DNA of 64,000 nt from a virus (lineage: Duplodnaviria; Caudoviricetes): IMG/VR virus record IMGVR_UViG_3300014204_000125, positions 1 through 64,000 of that record. One strand, written 5' to 3'. The notes under the pieces are model-generated. The model worked only from the letters and a program-made list of their open reading frames with translations. It was not told the DNA's origin and ran no database searches. The translations under genes and the position numbers were made by a program. Shown here piece after piece: positions 60,946-64,000 of this stretch. How positions within the stretch are numbered: position 1 is the stretch's first letter; each line of letters begins with the position of its first letter.

Positions 60946-61129
60946 TTAAATTTTATAGGGGAGCCAAATCGAGTTGAATAATTTCTCTGGCGGTACTAAG
61001 GTCAAAGGTCATATTCGGTTGGACATGGATCCCCATTTTCAAAAAACATATGGATAACCGGCCGGGAACTCAAGTGGATAAATCCCTGGGGCGGGACATT
61101 TCTTCTGAGCCCCGAACGATTACATTCCA

Positions 61130-61158
61130 AGTATAGCATTAATGTTAGATGGTGTCAA
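61130..61158 (-). promoter_or_regulatory. Strong sigma70-type promoter of the ncRNA operon
   Basis: TTGACA-17-TATACT with TGn. Confidence 0.85.
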
Positions 61159-61475
61159 GCCTTTTTCTTTTTCATGAACTCAAAGGGCGTCTTCAGCCTT
61201 TTCCAGTATTTACTCGTATCCGCGAGTTTGATCTGGGATTCGTTTTCGAGCCGCATGCCGCCCCAAGTGATCAGGTGCGCCTCGAACATCGCGTTGACTT
61301 TATCCTCTATGGTTTTGATCATCGAGAGATCCAGCATGTAATACACGGGTTCTTTGCGTGGGTCTTTAGGATTTTCCGGTTTGATCTTAGGAACCTTAAC
61401 TTTTTTATTGAGAAGTTTATTAAGTCTCGCTGCTTCCGCCGCATTTTCTTTTTGGGTTCCCATTCTTGCTTTCAT
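61155..61475 (-). CDS. Basic hypothetical protein
   Basis: 106 aa, AAGGAG RBS. Confidence 0.6.
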   Translation of the reverse strand: MKARMGTQKENAAEAARLNKLLNKKVKVPKIKPENPKDPRKEPVYYMLDLSMIKTIEDKVNAMFEAHLITWGGMRLENESQIKLADTSKYWKRLKTPFEFMKKKKA

Positions 61476-61487
61476 AAAGGCTCCTTT

Positions 61488-61811
61488 TTATTGTTTGGTT
61501 TCATCGGATTTGGGGACAGAAAGCTGTCTCTTTTTTAAGATTTCTTTTACGACTTCCCAGCTCTTAGAGTAATCGTATGGATCTCTCGATTTTGGAACAA
61601 TCCCCGACATAAATATCGGCGTAAAGAACTGTTTGCCATAGGGTTCTCCCCACTCCGGTATCGGGTCTTCTTTCTCCGTTGTGAAGTTCTTTATATCCTG
61701 AACTTCAGGGTCCGGTTTAATTTCAAGAGCAACAGGTTTATTATAAACCAGTGGCGCCTGCCTCTTGATCTCGGGTTTGAATAGGTCCAATATTTTTCTA
61801 AAAAGTGACAT
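61488..61811 (-). CDS. Hypothetical protein
   Basis: Start refined to MSLFRK. Confidence 0.5.
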   Translation of the reverse strand: MSLFRKILDLFKPEIKRQAPLVYNKPVALEIKPDPEVQDIKNFTTEKEDPIPEWGEPYGKQFFTPIFMSGIVPKSRDPYDYSKSWEVVKEILKKRQLSVPKSDETKQ

Positions 61812-62247
61812 TTGGCTTGCAACCCCCTCTGTCCTTCCACTCAATACAGCATGCCTGATACTTATTACAGCCCATACAGTTCGTCCTACGCACTGAACTC
61901 GGCCCCTTTTTCACAAACTTGTTACACCCTACCCGATTCGGCCATGCCGGGGTGTGAGAGATACGACCCTCGATCATGCCAGAGCCTTCCTTAATCTTCC
62001 GGCCTTCGATTTCACAGGAATAGGGATCCTTGAGGCAGTAGTCGCATATGTGGAAATTGGCTTCGTAGAAATCGATTTTCTTTTGCATTCGGGTTGCGGC
62101 AAGATATATTTGCTTTGTTTCGAACAGGGTTAATTTGGACCGGTTCCCTCCCGAACATTCCGCGATATCAAACCATTTTTTGTCAGCATTAATGTACTTT
62201 TCCACAACGTCTATTTCGGTGTAAGGTATTGTTTCTAAAGATTCCAT
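61798..62247 (-). CDS. Cys-rich hypothetical protein
   Basis: 149 aa with several CxxC motifs. Confidence 0.55.
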   Translation of the reverse strand: MESLETIPYTEIDVVEKYINADKKWFDIAECSGGNRSKLTLFETKQIYLAATRMQKKIDFYEANFHICDYCLKDPYSCEIEGRKIKEGSGMIEGRISHTPAWPNRVGCNKFVKKGPSSVRRTNCMGCNKYQACCIEWKDRGGCKPNVTF

Positions 62248-62471
62248 GATTTCACCCTTTCCTCAACGGCTTTCTTAGCAGACTCATAGTCAGCAAAAAC
62301 TCCCATGTTAATACATCCTCCGGATACCGCTTTCTGAAACACGGAATACTGAACGGGTTCAGAATAACCCGCTTCAAACCTTACAGGATCAATGGTAAAA
62401 TGCCAATGCGAGCCTTTCCATTCAACATAGGTCTCTATCATTTTTCTTTCGTTAAAAACAAGTTCACTCAT
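62235..62471 (-). CDS. Hypothetical protein
   Basis: GGAGG RBS; G.FADYESAKKAVE motif. Confidence 0.6.
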   Translation of the reverse strand: MSELVFNERKMIETYVEWKGSHWHFTIDPVRFEAGYSEPVQYSVFQKAVSGGCINMGVFADYESAKKAVEERVKSWNL

Positions 62472-62479
62472 TGTTCCTC

Positions 62480-62881
62480 CTACGCCATATAGGTTATTTC
62501 TCCGTTTGGGTCTATGACTTGTGGGGTCCAGTCCTTTTCATTGCAAAGGGTATCTGTGAAAAGAGGGCCCCCATTGAAATGTCCTTTAAAACATCGAAAA
62601 TTAAGATAACCCACAAATCTATAATTATCACAGTTAGAACAGCCCTTTTGAAACTCTTTGTCGTTCATATTGGGTTTCATTTCGGGTAGGATTGCTTCAA
62701 TTTCTGTTTTGAGTTCTTGCAGGCATGTATCGCAGAACCAAGTCTCTTTGAGGGCAGCGAATCCGACTACACTGACAACCCTCTTAAAGTCTTTGTGACA
62801 TTGTCCACACTGCCGCATATCCTCATCATGCCACTTTATAGGGGTTAAGAACTTTTGGTTCATATCTGCTGGTTCCCCCAT
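62480..62881 (-). CDS. Cys-rich hypothetical protein
   Basis: CGQC, CDTC, CSNC. Confidence 0.55.
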   Translation of the reverse strand: MGEPADMNQKFLTPIKWHDEDMRQCGQCHKDFKRVVSVVGFAALKETWFCDTCLQELKTEIEAILPEMKPNMNDKEFQKGCSNCDNYRFVGYLNFRCFKGHFNGGPLFTDTLCNEKDWTPQVIDPNGEITYMA

Positions 62882-63267
62882 GTCACTTCGAAAGTAGAAT
62901 TGTTATGGTCGTGTTTGAACTTTGCTTTGAATCCCACACTTTTCAGGAACTCGATATAATCGTTTACGATAGCATTCCCGTATTCGATATGAGAACCCGC
63001 GTCTACATGGGCCCAATCGTAACCCTTGAGTGCCTGAGCTTCTATCTGGGGATGGAATTCTATGATGAACTGGCATCCCATGATCTCGTTTCGAACTTTA
63101 TCAATCTCTTTATTCCGCTTCCAGAGATCTACACACGTATCCGCGGAGAGTTCGTATGTGGAAGCGTCGGATTGCATTTGGGTCTCAAGGGCATGGGCTT
63201 TCTGTCTGAGGAGCCCCATTTGAGTTTTTACTTTGGCGATGAAGGTGTCGATCATATTGCCTCCCAA
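62860..63267 (-). CDS. Hypothetical protein, G[FY]..W paralog family
   Basis: FLKSVGFKA...FEVTW. Confidence 0.55.
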   Translation of the reverse strand: MGGNMIDTFIAKVKTQMGLLRQKAHALETQMQSDASTYELSADTCVDLWKRNKEIDKVRNEIMGCQFIIEFHPQIEAQALKGYDWAHVDAGSHIEYGNAIVNDYIEFLKSVGFKAKFKHDHNNSTFEVTWGNQQI

Positions 63268-63494
63268 CTTATTTCAATTTCTTTTTCATCGAATCCGCGT
63301 GGATTTGGAGTTATTTTGTATCCCAGCCTTTCCAGTGCCTTAATAACCATATCTTTCAGGGAATAAAAATGAGGAAATTTATAAATCGTTTTCATTTCGT
63401 TCCGAAGTGCGGCTTTAAGAATTTCTTGGATTGCCCACCAGTATTCCCTACTTTGTTCCCCGATAGCGAGTTCCTTCATGTACTTGGCTTTCAT
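63252..63494 (-). CDS. Hypothetical protein, G[FY]..W paralog family
   Basis: ALERLGYKI...IEISW; GGAGG RBS. Confidence 0.6.
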   Translation of the reverse strand: MKAKYMKELAIGEQSREYWWAIQEILKAALRNEMKTIYKFPHFYSLKDMVIKALERLGYKITPNPRGFDEKEIEISWEAI

Positions 63495-63496
63495 TT

Positions 63497-63664
63497 TTAC
63501 CTCCGGTTTCTCAGATCGTCTATTTTGTTTTCTATAATTACGAGCTGGGATAGGATCGCAAGAGCCAAAGCGAAGCCAGCGGCTATGGGTTCCCTTGAAT
63601 TTAAGTAGAAAGCCAGAACGATCAATACGAGTAAGCCGAATCTAAGTCTAAAATTGAATTTCAT
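63497..63664 (-). CDS. Small two-TM membrane protein
   Basis: FGLLVLIVLAFYL and IAAGFALALAILSQLVII. Confidence 0.55.
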   Translation of the reverse strand: MKFNFRLRFGLLVLIVLAFYLNSREPIAAGFALALAILSQLVIIENKIDDLRNRR

Positions 63665-63665
63665 T

Positions 63666-63968
63666 TTATTTTCCACTCCAATCGATATCGATAACGACAT
63701 CGGAATCTCCGGTTTCGTCTACGGAGTAAGAGAAACCTCTTTTGAGAAGGCTTTGGATTTTAGAAACAATGTCTGATCCGAAACTTTCTTTGTCGATTAA
63801 GATACGGCAGTTGGTCTTTCCGAGCCGGGTGTACATTGCAATCCTGTTTTCGATACGATTACAAACGGCCCTGGCTAAATCACGCTCTATCAATGCCGAG
63901 GTCTCCATAGCAATTTGTTTATATTCCTCGGCCGTGGGTTGTCTCCAGAACTTCCACCACATATCCAT
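63666..63968 (-). CDS. Hypothetical protein, G[FY]..W paralog family
   Basis: LLKRGFSY...IDIDW. Confidence 0.55.
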   Translation of the reverse strand: MDMWWKFWRQPTAEEYKQIAMETSALIERDLARAVCNRIENRIAMYTRLGKTNCRILIDKESFGSDIVSKIQSLLKRGFSYSVDETGDSDVVIDIDWSGK

Positions 63969-64000
63969 CGCCTTCCCTTCGGATAAGATCTCACTCCAAT

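Noticed and set aside
60083-61125. Single giant ncRNA (GOLLD/ROOL-like) or group I intron
   Set aside because: The central 410 nt is fully explained by tmRNA, and the remainder folds as separate small units with no recognisable intron core.
1-64000. Stop-codon reassignment
   Set aside because: Long genes are intact under code 11 and all three stops terminate genes. The two broken genes are frameshifts.

Overview
This window is a segment of a large tailed phage (siphovirus-like, SPbeta-like gene order, standard code), with essentially all genes on the - strand. In transcription order (right to left) it holds: small early/accessory genes (vWA, DarG-like macrodomain, DUF4326, RusA-like, RHH); a ~1 kb non-coding RNA operon containing a complete tmRNA with an unusually long tag plus flanking structured, partly tRNA-like RNAs; a 14-kb sugar cluster (RfbF/RfbG/RfbH CDP-3,6-dideoxyhexose core, ThDP enzyme, two aldolases, LdpA-like Fe-S protein, FkbM, GT2 x3, GT10); sigma-like and beta-clamp-like genes; terminase, portal and head genes; three GT4 glycosyltransferases inside the head-tail operon; and tail genes ending in a repeat-containing tail fibre that runs off the window. 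Two TnpB-type elements are inserted. The best candidate for a new system is self-encoded virion glycosylation with a rare branched sugar: exposed tail proteins are strongly enriched in an Asn-Ser-Gly tripeptide (12 copies in one protein, none in the tape measure) that could be the acceptor sequon. All calls come from motif reading and synteny; no database searches were run.
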